Positions 28,555 through 37,250 of a stretch of 64,000 nt of DNA are shown in pieces. The notes beneath the pieces are model-generated. The model worked only from the letters and a program-made list of their open reading frames with translations. It searched no databases and had not been told where the DNA came from. A program made the translations under genes and the position numbers. The stretch spans positions 448,001-512,000 of the forward strand of contig CAUVWX020000001.1 of assembly GCA_963555815.3 (NCBI GenBank), read 5' to 3'. Position 1 is the stretch's first letter; each line of letters opens with the position of its first letter. Source of the stretch: a bacterium. Lineage in GTDB: Bacteria; UBA8248; JACPRG01; G963555815.

Positions 28555-29963
28555 GATGATTGGGAGAGGGGAACGGCTTTCTTTTGTGGCGCCGCCACCG
28601 CTCCTTGGGGGCTCTCCGAAAAAGGGAAGAAGAGGACCTCTTGGATGCTGGGGCGATCGGCAAGGAGCATCACAACCCGGTCTGCCCCCATGGCGACCCC
28701 GGCCGCCGGGGGGATCCCGGCCTCCATGGCGGCCAGCAGGGCCTCATCCAGAGGGACCTGGCGGTCTCTTAAACCTGCCGATCTGCGCTGGGCCTCTTGC
28801 CAGCGGGCCCTCTGCTCCTGCGGGTCATTGAGCTCGGTGTAGCCGTTGGCCACCTCCAGGCCTGCAATATAAACCTCAAACCGCTCGGCCACCCGGGGAC
28901 AAGAATGCTTGCGCTTCGCCAGCATCGCCAGGGGACAGGGGTAATCATAAAGGAGGGTGGGCCGGCCCTGACCCAGGCGGGGCTCAACAAACTGGAGAGA
29001 CACCTTGAAGAAGAGATCCTCCCAGGTATCGTCCAACGCCACGTGGACCCCCCGGGAGGCGGCGGCCTCAGCCAGACGCCCTCGCTCTCCGCATCTCTCG
29101 AGATCAATCTCCGCATAGCGCAGGAAGGCCTCATCCACTGAAAGGCGCTCGAAAGCCGAGAGGTCCACCTCCTTACCCTGGTACTTAAAACGTTTTTGAC
29201 CCAGGACCTCCTGGCAGATGTTCTGCAAAAGGGTCTCCGTCGTTCTCATGGCCTCTTCGTAATCCTCATAGGCTTCATACCACTCGAGGCCCGTGAACTC
29301 AGGGTTGTGAAGGGGTGAGCACTCTGCGTTCCTAAAGAATTTCGAGACCTGGTAGATGCGCTCATAGCCCGCCCCAAGGAGCCTTTTCATGGGGAATTCG
29401 GGCGAGGTGGGGAGACAGCACGTTCGCCTCCCTGACGGGTGCCAATACTCAGTGAAAAAGGGGTGGAGGTGGGGGCTTGGATCTCCTGCCTCCTGGAGGA
29501 GGGGGGTCTCCACCTCGAGAAATCCCCGGGCGTCGAAGAAACTCCGGACTGCCCGAAGGACGGCCGCCCGACGACCCATCACAGCAGGTTCCGGCAGAAG
29601 GTTTGCCCCATCTAGAGGACGAAGGGCCTTGGCGAGGAGGGCGACTTCTTGGGTGCAGTACCCTTCTCCCCTTCGCACCACCTGAACCTCCACCAGATCC
29701 CCAAGGTCCAAGAGGTCCAAAATCTCCAATCCTTCAGAGCGGTCCCCCGCCTCGACATGACAAGCCAGGGTCCCCGACATGTCCTGAACCTCAAGACACC
29801 CCTTTCTCTCTGATTCAAGTTTCACCAGGCGGCCAGCCACCCAGGCGGACGCGGCCCCTTTCTCCTTGAGCTGGCCGATGGGCGTCTTCTTGTGACAGCG
29901 GGCCGGGTAGGGATCGAAACCCCTTTCGCGAACTCGTTTCAGCCGATCGTGTCTTGGATTCAC
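28551..29963 (-). CDS. epmA: EF-P lysine aminoacylase EpmA-like protein with an N-terminal LysRS-type OB domain
   Basis: Core: FLEVETP, TSPEFPMKRLL, FRN, HNPEFTGLEWY, AERFEVY, ANGYTEL, GVAMGADR. N-terminal ~120 aa: GFDPYP, VAGRL, QDMSG, LDLGD, LLAKALRPL. Confidence 0.8.
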   Translation of the reverse strand: MNPRHDRLKRVRERGFDPYPARCHKKTPIGQLKEKGAASAWVAGRLVKLESERKGCLEVQDMSGTLACHVEAGDRSEGLEILDLLDLGDLVEVQVVRRGEGYCTQEVALLAKALRPLDGANLLPEPAVMGRRAAVLRAVRSFFDARGFLEVETPLLQEAGDPSPHLHPFFTEYWHPSGRRTCCLPTSPEFPMKRLLGAGYERIYQVSKFFRNAECSPLHNPEFTGLEWYEAYEDYEEAMRTTETLLQNICQEVLGQKRFKYQGKEVDLSAFERLSVDEAFLRYAEIDLERCGERGRLAEAAASRGVHVALDDTWEDLFFKVSLQFVEPRLGQGRPTLLYDYPCPLAMLAKRKHSCPRVAERFEVYIAGLEVANGYTELNDPQEQRARWQEAQRRSAGLRDRQVPLDEALLAAMEAGIPPAAGVAMGADRVVMLLADRPSIQEVLFFPFSESPQGAVAAPQKKAVPLSQSS

Positions 29964-30099
29964 GTCAAACCCCTTGATGGAGATCCACTTTCACGGGCGG
30001 GAATCCCCGCAAGCCTTCGAAGCGGCAACATCTTTTTTGTTTATTATATCCCCACAATGGCAGCAGGGACACGGGAGCAAAGAACTTGTGAAACCCTCG

Positions 30100-30128
30100 T
30101 TGACTTGGAGTTTTCTCTCCCCTAACCT
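30100..30128 (+). promoter_or_regulatory. Putative sigma70 promoter of slt-anmK
   Basis: TTGACT, 17-nt spacer, TAACCT, followed by a GAGGAG SD and the ATG at 30149. Confidence 0.5.
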
Positions 30129-30148
30129 CCGAGACTTGAGGAGAACCG

Positions 30149-32440
30149 ATGAAGGTCTCTTGGACACAGAATCCCAAAACCTTCTCTGGCGCTTTCTGTC
30201 CCCGGCTGGGGGGCGCATCCCCTATTGCTCTCCTCACTCTCCTGGTTGGGGTGTGGGTCTCAGGGGTAATCATACCCCGATTCGCGACGGCCCAAGAGTT
30301 TGCGTCTCCGCCTGGCCACAGCGTTGAGGCCCCCGGCGGAAGGCACTCTCTCCCGATCGAATTCGCCAGCGCCTGGGAGTCCTTGAGGGCGCGAAAATTT
30401 CGTGAGGCCGCCCTCTCCATGGAAGAGACCCTTCGAGAAGGGGTCCTCACTGCGCCCTGGGACGGAAGGGCGAAACTCCTCCTCGGCTATGCCTGGTGGC
30501 GGGCCGGAGAGTCTGCTCAGGCCCTTGATTTCCTTGACCGCCCACAGGAGGTGGACCCACTCCTCATCCCCTATGCCGATTACTATCGAGCGAAGGCCCT
30601 CTTTGATCTCGAAGATTTTGTGTCCTCGGCGGACGCCTTTCAGGCCCTCTGGCGAGACGACCCCAATGGCCGTCTCGCGGCCGAGGCAGCCTCCCTGGCT
30701 GGAGAAGCCCTCCAGCATTCCGGGGACTGTTTAGGCGCTGAGGAACTATGGGAGAATTATCTCCAGCAATTCCCAAACCACGGGGGGGTCCCCCGCGCCC
30801 TCCTCCTTTGGGGAGGTTGTCGAGAGCGTCTAGACGACTCCGCGGGGGCTGTCCGGCTGTACCAGAGGATCTGGCTCTCGCACCCCTTGAGCGACGAGAG
30901 TCGGGAAGCCGGGGCCCGGCTCGAATCTCTTCGCTCGAAGGGAGTCCCCATCCCAGAGGCGTCCCTCGAGGCCCTTTTGGAGAGGGTCAAAAACCTCCAG
31001 AAGGCCCGAAGGCTGAGGGAGGCCCTAAAGGAGTGGGGGGATCTCCTCACGGGGGAGATCCCCCCGGAGACTCGTTTTCTCGCCCGCTTCCGGTCGGGCC
31101 TGAACCACTTCTATCTCCGAAACCACTCAGGGGCTGAGGACCACCTCAATTGGGTCATCCAACAGGGAGACCCTGAAAATCCTCCCTCCGGCGTCCAGCA
31201 CGCTCGATACCTCCTCGCGAGGATGCGGCTTCGTGAGGGTGACCAACAGGACTTCTTCTCGACTGCCGAGGACCTGATAAAGCGCCAGCCCCGGGGGCCT
31301 TGGGCGCGCCGGACGATCTTCCTCATGGCCCGCGTAGATGAGGATGGGAATCGTCCGGCCAAGGCCCTCGGTCACTACAGGAGATTGGTCCGGGAGCACT
31401 CAGGCACCAAAGAGGCGGATCAGGCCCTCTGGCGGATGGGCTGGCTGGATTTTCGGGCCGGGAGATGGGGCGAGGCGAGGTCCCACTTTGAGGGCCTGGC
31501 CCAAGAGCGACCCGACAGCCCCCTCATTCAGTCGGCCCTATACTGGGCGGCTCGAAGCGCCGAGGCCATGGGAGACAGGCAAGAAGCCCTTGAACACTAT
31601 CGTCAGGCCGCCCTGGCTGGCCGCAGGAGCTACTATGGACAGATTGCCCTGGCCCGCTTGGGCGAAGAATTTTCTGTCTCATTGACACCTGTTCTGTCGA
31701 AGTGGCCTTATGGAGAGCCACCTGTCCTTGCCGAGCCCGAGCGTCTCACGCTTCAAAGAGCGGACGAGCTTTTTGTGACAGGTCTTTTCTCTGACAGCGC
31801 TCGAGAGCTGGACAGGTTCAGTCATCCCTACTTCATCTACCAGCAAGCAAGGGCGCACCGCATGGCCGGGGATATTCATGAGGCCTCCCGGCTTCTGAGG
31901 AGCAACGGGGCCTTCTCGCCCTTTTTGACGGGAGGGGCTCCAAAAGAGTTCCGGGAAATGGCCTTCCCGCTTCCTCCCCCCACGGGCGAGGCGGAACCTG
32001 CCCAGGGTCCCGAGGTGGATATTTTTGTCGTAGGTGCTGTGATCCTGGCCGAGAGCGCATTTGATCCAAAGGCCCTCTCGGTGGCCGGGGCCCGAGGGCT
32101 CCTGCAGATCATGCCCGCTACGGGTCGCCAAGTGGCCCTTAAACTCGGCCTCTCTCCACCAGACCCGGACCAACTTTATGATCCCTCCCTGAACCTGCTC
32201 TTGGGACAAAGCCTCCTTGAAGATCTCCTGGGCCATTTCGAAGGGGCCCTGGCGCCGTCCCTGGCGAGCTACAACGCAGGCCGGAACGTCGCATCAAACT
32301 GGTGGGAGAGATGGGGATATCTAGATGAGGCGACCTTCGTGGCCACCATCCCTTACGTGGAGACACGAGGGTACGTCCAGCGGACCCTGTCCTATTACCG
32401 AGAGTATCAACAGATCTATGGACAAGAGGCTGCACCATGA
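30149..32440 (+). CDS. slt: Soluble lytic transglycosylase with TPR repeats (Slt-like)
   Basis: Signal-like N-terminus and TPR helices; C-terminal SLT motifs AESAF, GARGLLQIMP, SYNAG and IPYVETRGYV. Confidence 0.88.
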   Translation: MKVSWTQNPKTFSGAFCPRLGGASPIALLTLLVGVWVSGVIIPRFATAQEFASPPGHSVEAPGGRHSLPIEFASAWESLRARKFREAALSMEETLREGVLTAPWDGRAKLLLGYAWWRAGESAQALDFLDRPQEVDPLLIPYADYYRAKALFDLEDFVSSADAFQALWRDDPNGRLAAEAASLAGEALQHSGDCLGAEELWENYLQQFPNHGGVPRALLLWGGCRERLDDSAGAVRLYQRIWLSHPLSDESREAGARLESLRSKGVPIPEASLEALLERVKNLQKARRLREALKEWGDLLTGEIPPETRFLARFRSGLNHFYLRNHSGAEDHLNWVIQQGDPENPPSGVQHARYLLARMRLREGDQQDFFSTAEDLIKRQPRGPWARRTIFLMARVDEDGNRPAKALGHYRRLVREHSGTKEADQALWRMGWLDFRAGRWGEARSHFEGLAQERPDSPLIQSALYWAARSAEAMGDRQEALEHYRQAALAGRRSYYGQIALARLGEEFSVSLTPVLSKWPYGEPPVLAEPERLTLQRADELFVTGLFSDSARELDRFSHPYFIYQQARAHRMAGDIHEASRLLRSNGAFSPFLTGGAPKEFREMAFPLPPPTGEAEPAQGPEVDIFVVGAVILAESAFDPKALSVAGARGLLQIMPATGRQVALKLGLSPPDPDQLYDPSLNLLLGQSLLEDLLGHFEGALAPSLASYNAGRNVASNWWERWGYLDEATFVATIPYVETRGYVQRTLSYYREYQQIYGQEAAP

Positions 32441-33765
32441 GGATCCAGGGAGTCCCCCTGATGGGGCTCATGTCAGGGACCTCGGCCGATGGGGTGGATG
32501 CGGCGCTCATCTCCCTAAGAGAGTCCAAGGGAAAGACCGGAGGTCCTCGGGTCAGGGTGCACGCCCACGCAATCTACCCCTTTCCCACCTCCCTGAGGCG
32601 TCAGATCCTGGCCTTTTCTGAGTTTTCCCCCGGCTCCAAAAACAGCCAATCCGGCTTAAATGCCCAGCCCGCGGCGTCGATATTGGCCCTTCACGTTGCC
32701 CTGGGAGAACGGTTTGCGGACGCGGCCACTAAAATAGCTCGTGAGGCGGGTGTGAGCCTCTCCAAGGTAAAGGTGATCGGCTCCCACGGACAGACGATCT
32801 CTCATCGCCCTCCCCTTGGGCCCAGACGAAAGCCTCTCCCTGGGAGCCTTCAACTGGGAGAGGCTGCCCTGATCGCCGAAAGGACAGGCGTGACGACAGT
32901 GGCCGACTTCCGCCCTTCTGATATAGCGGCGGGAGGTCTCGGCGCCCCCCTCACCCCCTATGCCCACCGAATTCTTTTTGCCCGTCCGGACAGGGGCGTC
33001 CTTGTGATAAACCTGGGAGGGGTTGCCAACGTGACTTTCATTCCCCCCGCCGATCGTCCAGACGACCCTGCTGGACTTTCCACTCTCAGAGGCTTCGATA
33101 CAGGTCCAGGGAACCTTTTAATGGACGCCGCTTCAAGACAGGTGAGCCGGGGAAAGAGACCTTTTGACCCCGGCGGGAGCTGGGCCCTGAGAGGCCGAAG
33201 GGACGACACCCTCCTCTGTTGGCTCATGCGCCATCCCTTCATCCGGCGACCTCCTCCGAAGGCCACAGGGCGGGAAGATTTCGGGCAAAATTACCTGGAG
33301 GAGGTCATGAAAATGTTTCTTTCCAAGCGAGGTCAAAAAACTTTTGGGATTCGCTCCCAGTCCTTCCGGGACCTCATGGCCACCTTGTCGGCCTTCACCA
33401 CTCAGGCGATAGGAAAGCAGGTGAAACGGTTTCTCCTGCCCCGGGGCGGGGTGAGCGGGGTGGGGGGGGTGGGCGAGGTGGTCGTGTGTGGAGGGGGGGT
33501 CCATAACCGGACCCTCATGGCCGGGCTTGCAGAGGAGTTCCCGGAGATACCGGTCGTCCGATCCGACGATCGAGGCGTCCCAGCGGACGCGGTGGAGGCC
33601 GCCGCCTTCGCCCTCCTGGCCGACGCGGCCCTGCAGGGAATCCCCGCCAACGTCCCGGCTATCACAGGGGCGCGAAGGGCTGTCGTCCTAGGGAAAGTGA
33701 TCGCGGCGGGGGGGGGGTACCTGAGAAGGCGCCCATGGCCTGGGCCGTCGGGAGAATCGCCATAA
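32437..33765 (+). CDS. anmK: Anhydro-N-acetylmuramic acid kinase
   Basis: GLMSGTSADGVD, GSHGQT, VADFR, GAPL, NLGGVAN, FDTGPGN, TGRE and CGGGVHN motifs. Confidence 0.93.
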   Translation: MRIQGVPLMGLMSGTSADGVDAALISLRESKGKTGGPRVRVHAHAIYPFPTSLRRQILAFSEFSPGSKNSQSGLNAQPAASILALHVALGERFADAATKIAREAGVSLSKVKVIGSHGQTISHRPPLGPRRKPLPGSLQLGEAALIAERTGVTTVADFRPSDIAAGGLGAPLTPYAHRILFARPDRGVLVINLGGVANVTFIPPADRPDDPAGLSTLRGFDTGPGNLLMDAASRQVSRGKRPFDPGGSWALRGRRDDTLLCWLMRHPFIRRPPPKATGREDFGQNYLEEVMKMFLSKRGQKTFGIRSQSFRDLMATLSAFTTQAIGKQVKRFLLPRGGVSGVGGVGEVVVCGGGVHNRTLMAGLAEEFPEIPVVRSDDRGVPADAVEAAAFALLADAALQGIPANVPAITGARRAVVLGKVIAAGGGYLRRRPWPGPSGESP

Positions 33766-33788
33766 GGGATACGTCAGGAGGGACGCCC

Positions 33789-34106
33789 ATGTTCACCAAG
33801 CAATTCTTCTCACAGGAGCTGGAAGGGTTTGCGAAGAGGTATGCTGAACGTCACGGGTGCCAGATACCCTACGTCGAGGTGGCCATGAATGGGGGAAAAT
33901 CTTTCTTTCTCGCTGACGTCATAGCGGAGGATGACAAAGGGCCCATCGCCTTTGAGGCCTATCCCGAGGTGGGTGGAATGGAAGAACCCCCCCAGTGGGT
34001 CTTCCTCCCGTATGATCAGATTACCCGCGTCCAGATCTACGCTCACCGCCCGAGACACGCCCCCAAGCGAGAGGTTTTGGGGTTCCGCCCTCAGAGTACT
34101 TCTTGA
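33789..34106 (+). CDS. Hypothetical protein (105 aa)
   Basis: AGGAGG SD before the ATG at 33789; co-oriented with its neighbours; ends ...KREVLGFRPQSTS. Confidence 0.65.
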   Translation: MFTKQFFSQELEGFAKRYAERHGCQIPYVEVAMNGGKSFFLADVIAEDDKGPIAFEAYPEVGGMEEPPQWVFLPYDQITRVQIYAHRPRHAPKREVLGFRPQSTS

Positions 34107-34182
34107 GGGAATTTGGGGGGAGACCCAGGCTCAGCGGAGATTCGCTCAGTAAACTCTTTCTCCTTTCCAACGGGAGAGCACC

Positions 34183-35145
34183 ATGAAATATCGGACCCTC
34201 GGACAGACGGACCTAAAGGCTTCTCGCATCTGCCTTGGGACGATGCAGTTCGGCTGGACAGCCGACGAAAAAACCTCTTATCAGGTCCTGGACGCCTTCT
34301 TCAAGGCCGGAGGGAATTTTATCGACACGGCCAACATGTACAGCAGTTGGACTCCAAAGAGCTACGGGGGCCGCTCCGAGGAGATCATCGGCCAGTGGAT
34401 GGCACGGAGGAAAAATCGTTCGAAGATCATTCTGGCGACCAAGGTGAGGGGAAAGATGTGGAAAGGCTCGGACGGAGAGGGGCTCCACCGGGACCATATC
34501 CTCCCGGCGCTGGAGGGAAGCCTTCAGCGCTTGAAGACGGATCACGTGGATCTCTACCAGACCCACTGGTCGGACTCCAATGTCCCTCACGAGGACACGC
34601 TTCAGACGCTGGATGATCTCATGCGCCAGGGAAAGGTTCGCCACGTGGGCTGCTCGAACTACTCCGCCAAGGAGCTCGGCGAGTCTCTCCGCGCCAGCAA
34701 AAAGAAGGGCATCATCCGCTTTGAATCCCATCAGCCCTACTACAACCTCATCGACCGCAAGGATTTCGAGCAGGAGCTTCTGGGCCTCTGCCAAAAGGAG
34801 GGGATCGGCGTCATCCCCTACTCCCCGCTTGCCCAGGGCTTTCTCACGGGAAAGTATGACAAGCAAAAACCCCCTCCTGACTCAGACAGGGCGAAGGGGG
34901 TCAAGGAAAAATTTTGGAGCGACCGAGCCTTTCAGATCCTCGACCAGGTGAGAAAAGAGGCGGCCTCGCTCTCGACCTCACCCACAGCTGTAGCCCTCGC
35001 CTGGCTGCTCGCGAACCCAGTCATCGCCGCTCCCATCATCGGCGCCAACACCCCGGACCAGCTCCAGGCAAGTCTCGCCGCCGCAGAGCTAAATCTCCCT
35101 GAAGACAAGAAGGCGGCCCTCGACCGGGTGAGCGCGTGGCAATAG
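34183..35145 (+). CDS. Aldo/keto reductase
   Basis: LGTMQFG, IDTANMY, LATKV, DLYQTHW, GCSN, PYSPLAQG and PIIGA motifs. Confidence 0.93.
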   Translation: MKYRTLGQTDLKASRICLGTMQFGWTADEKTSYQVLDAFFKAGGNFIDTANMYSSWTPKSYGGRSEEIIGQWMARRKNRSKIILATKVRGKMWKGSDGEGLHRDHILPALEGSLQRLKTDHVDLYQTHWSDSNVPHEDTLQTLDDLMRQGKVRHVGCSNYSAKELGESLRASKKKGIIRFESHQPYYNLIDRKDFEQELLGLCQKEGIGVIPYSPLAQGFLTGKYDKQKPPPDSDRAKGVKEKFWSDRAFQILDQVRKEAASLSTSPTAVALAWLLANPVIAAPIIGANTPDQLQASLAAAELNLPEDKKAALDRVSAWQ

Positions 35146-35202
35146 ATTGTTTCGAAGATGGCTCGCGGGAGGAGCAACCGGTAAAAAGTTAGGAGCCTGA
35201 AG

Positions 35203-36156
35203 ATGAAGGTGGCAATTGTTGAGGCCGGCGCGGTAGGAGGATACTATGGGGCGGTTCTGGCGAAGAGCGGCGAGGAGGTCGCGTTCATCGCCAGGGGGGC
35301 CCACCTTGAGGCCATGCAGCAAAAAGGCCTTCAGGTGGACAGCGTCCCGGGGGATTTCTTGCTCCCGGCTGCAAATTTCACGGCGACCGAGAACCCGGCT
35401 GACGTGGGCCCGGTGGATCTCGTCTTCTTCTCGGTCAAGACCTATGGGACGAAGGCCGCCGCCCGATCCATTCCACCGCTACTTGGCCCCGAGACAGTCA
35501 TCCTGACGGTCCAAAATGGGGTGGATAATGTGGACCGGATCCTCCAGGCCCTCGCCCCCCTGAACCCCCCTGCCTTAGCTGGCGCCGTATACATCGAGGC
35601 CACCCTGAAAGCCCCGGGCCACATCGTTCAGGGCGGAGGTCCACGCCGCCTTGTCTTCGGCGAGCTTGATGGCCGAATCACTCAAAGGGGCAAAACCATT
35701 TTGGAGAGTATGGAGCGGGCTGAGATCCCCTGCGAATTCGTCTCCGACATCGAGGAAGCCCTCTGGACAAAATTCCTCTACATCTGCCCTATGAGCGGGC
35801 TGACGGCCGTCACGAGCCGCGGCATTCGGGCCATTCTGGACCTCCCAGAGACCCGGGCCCTCTTTGTGGAGGCCATGCAAGAAGTGGACGCACTGGCCCG
35901 ATCCCGCGGCGTGACGCTCCCCAAGGACGCCGGGGAGAAAACCCTCGCCTTCGCCGATGGGCTCCCCGACATGCGGTCCTCTCTACAAAAAGATCTGGAG
36001 GCCGGCCGACCCCTTGAGATCGAAAGTTTGAGCGGGGCGGTCGTCCGCCTGGGGGAGGAGGCTGGGGTCCAGACACCGATCCACCGGGTCCTTTATGCTT
36101 GCCTGAAGGCCCAGGACCCCGGTGGACAGGCCCAGAGAAGCCAGCGCAATCCATGA
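35203..36156 (+). CDS. panE: Ketopantoate reductase family protein
   Basis: AGAVGGYYG, FIARG, VKTY, QNG, LWTKF, SSLQKD and EIESL motifs; the first Rossmann Gly is Glu. Confidence 0.85.
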   Translation: MKVAIVEAGAVGGYYGAVLAKSGEEVAFIARGAHLEAMQQKGLQVDSVPGDFLLPAANFTATENPADVGPVDLVFFSVKTYGTKAAARSIPPLLGPETVILTVQNGVDNVDRILQALAPLNPPALAGAVYIEATLKAPGHIVQGGGPRRLVFGELDGRITQRGKTILESMERAEIPCEFVSDIEEALWTKFLYICPMSGLTAVTSRGIRAILDLPETRALFVEAMQEVDALARSRGVTLPKDAGEKTLAFADGLPDMRSSLQKDLEAGRPLEIESLSGAVVRLGEEAGVQTPIHRVLYACLKAQDPGGQAQRSQRNP

Positions 36157-37178
36157 AGGCCGTTATCGTCCACGCCCACGGGGGCCTGGAGGCCCTGAAG
36201 TATGAAGAGGTAAAGCGCCCCACCCCGGGCCCAGAGGAAGCCCTCGTCGCCGTCAAGGCCTGCGCCCTGAATCGACTCGACATCTGGGTCCGGGCGGGAA
36301 TACCCGGGCGGAAGATCGGCCTCCCTAGAATCCCGGGCTCCGACATCGCCGGCGAGGTGGCTGAGGTGGGGGCGGGCGTGAAGGAGACGCCGGGCGACCC
36401 GGTCGTCGTTCACACCGTCCTCTCTTGCGGCAAGTGCGAGTTTTGCCGCGATGGGCGGGACAACCTCTGCTCCCAAATGGGAATCTTCGGGGTCGCCGCC
36501 GATGGAGGCTATGCGGAGTTCGTCAAGGTCCCGGCTCGAAACCTTCTACCCCTTCCCAAGACCCTCTCCTTCGACGAGGCCTCCACCGCCCCCGTCGTCT
36601 TTCTGACTGCCTGGCACATGTTGGTCACGCGCGGAAATCTTCGGGCGGGGGAAGAGGTCCTCGTCCTAGCGGCGGGAAGCGGGGTCGGCGCCGCCTCTAT
36701 TCAGATCGCAAAGCTCTGCGGGGCCCGCGTCATTGCCACCGCCGGAGACGACGAAAAGGTGAAGAAGGCGAAAATCCTCGGCGCCGATGAGGCAATCAAC
36801 TATCGAACTTCCCCCTTCGATGAGGCGGTCCACGACCTCACGCAGGGAAAAGGGGTTGATATGGTGGTGGAGACCGTCGGCAAAGAGACCCTCCCGAAGA
36901 GCCTCGACAGCCTCCGCAAAGAGGGGCGGGTCGTCCTCTGTGGGACCACGAGTGGCCCCACCGTCGAGATCGACTACCGAAAACTCTACATGACCCACAA
37001 GTCCGTCATCGGGTCGACCCTGGGGACCCGGGAGGAGTTCGCAAAGATCCTAACCCTCCTCGCCGACGGACGTCTGAAGACCACCATCGACCGCACTTTT
37101 CCTCTGGAGCGGGCTGCAGAGGCCCAAAAAGTCCTTCAGGATCGGGCCCAGTTCGGAAAACTCATCCTGCACCCCTGA
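36153..37178 (+). CDS. Zinc-binding dehydrogenase / quinone oxidoreductase (MDR family)
   Basis: LNRLD, PGSDIAG, CGKCEFC...NLC structural Zn site, AAGSGVG and QFGKLIL; ATGA overlap with panE. Confidence 0.9.
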   Translation: MKAVIVHAHGGLEALKYEEVKRPTPGPEEALVAVKACALNRLDIWVRAGIPGRKIGLPRIPGSDIAGEVAEVGAGVKETPGDPVVVHTVLSCGKCEFCRDGRDNLCSQMGIFGVAADGGYAEFVKVPARNLLPLPKTLSFDEASTAPVVFLTAWHMLVTRGNLRAGEEVLVLAAGSGVGAASIQIAKLCGARVIATAGDDEKVKKAKILGADEAINYRTSPFDEAVHDLTQGKGVDMVVETVGKETLPKSLDSLRKEGRVVLCGTTSGPTVEIDYRKLYMTHKSVIGSTLGTREEFAKILTLLADGRLKTTIDRTFPLERAAEAQKVLQDRAQFGKLILHP

Positions 37179-37250
37179 GAGACGGCAAACCCTTCGCCGC
37201 ACCAAAATCGTTCTATTGGGGAGAAAACCGAAGGGGCCTCGAACCGGAGG

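Noticed and set aside
37186..37240. CCCTTCG...CGAAGGG inverted repeat between convergent genes
   Set aside because: The loop is long and there is no U-tract, so it is not supportable as an intrinsic terminator.
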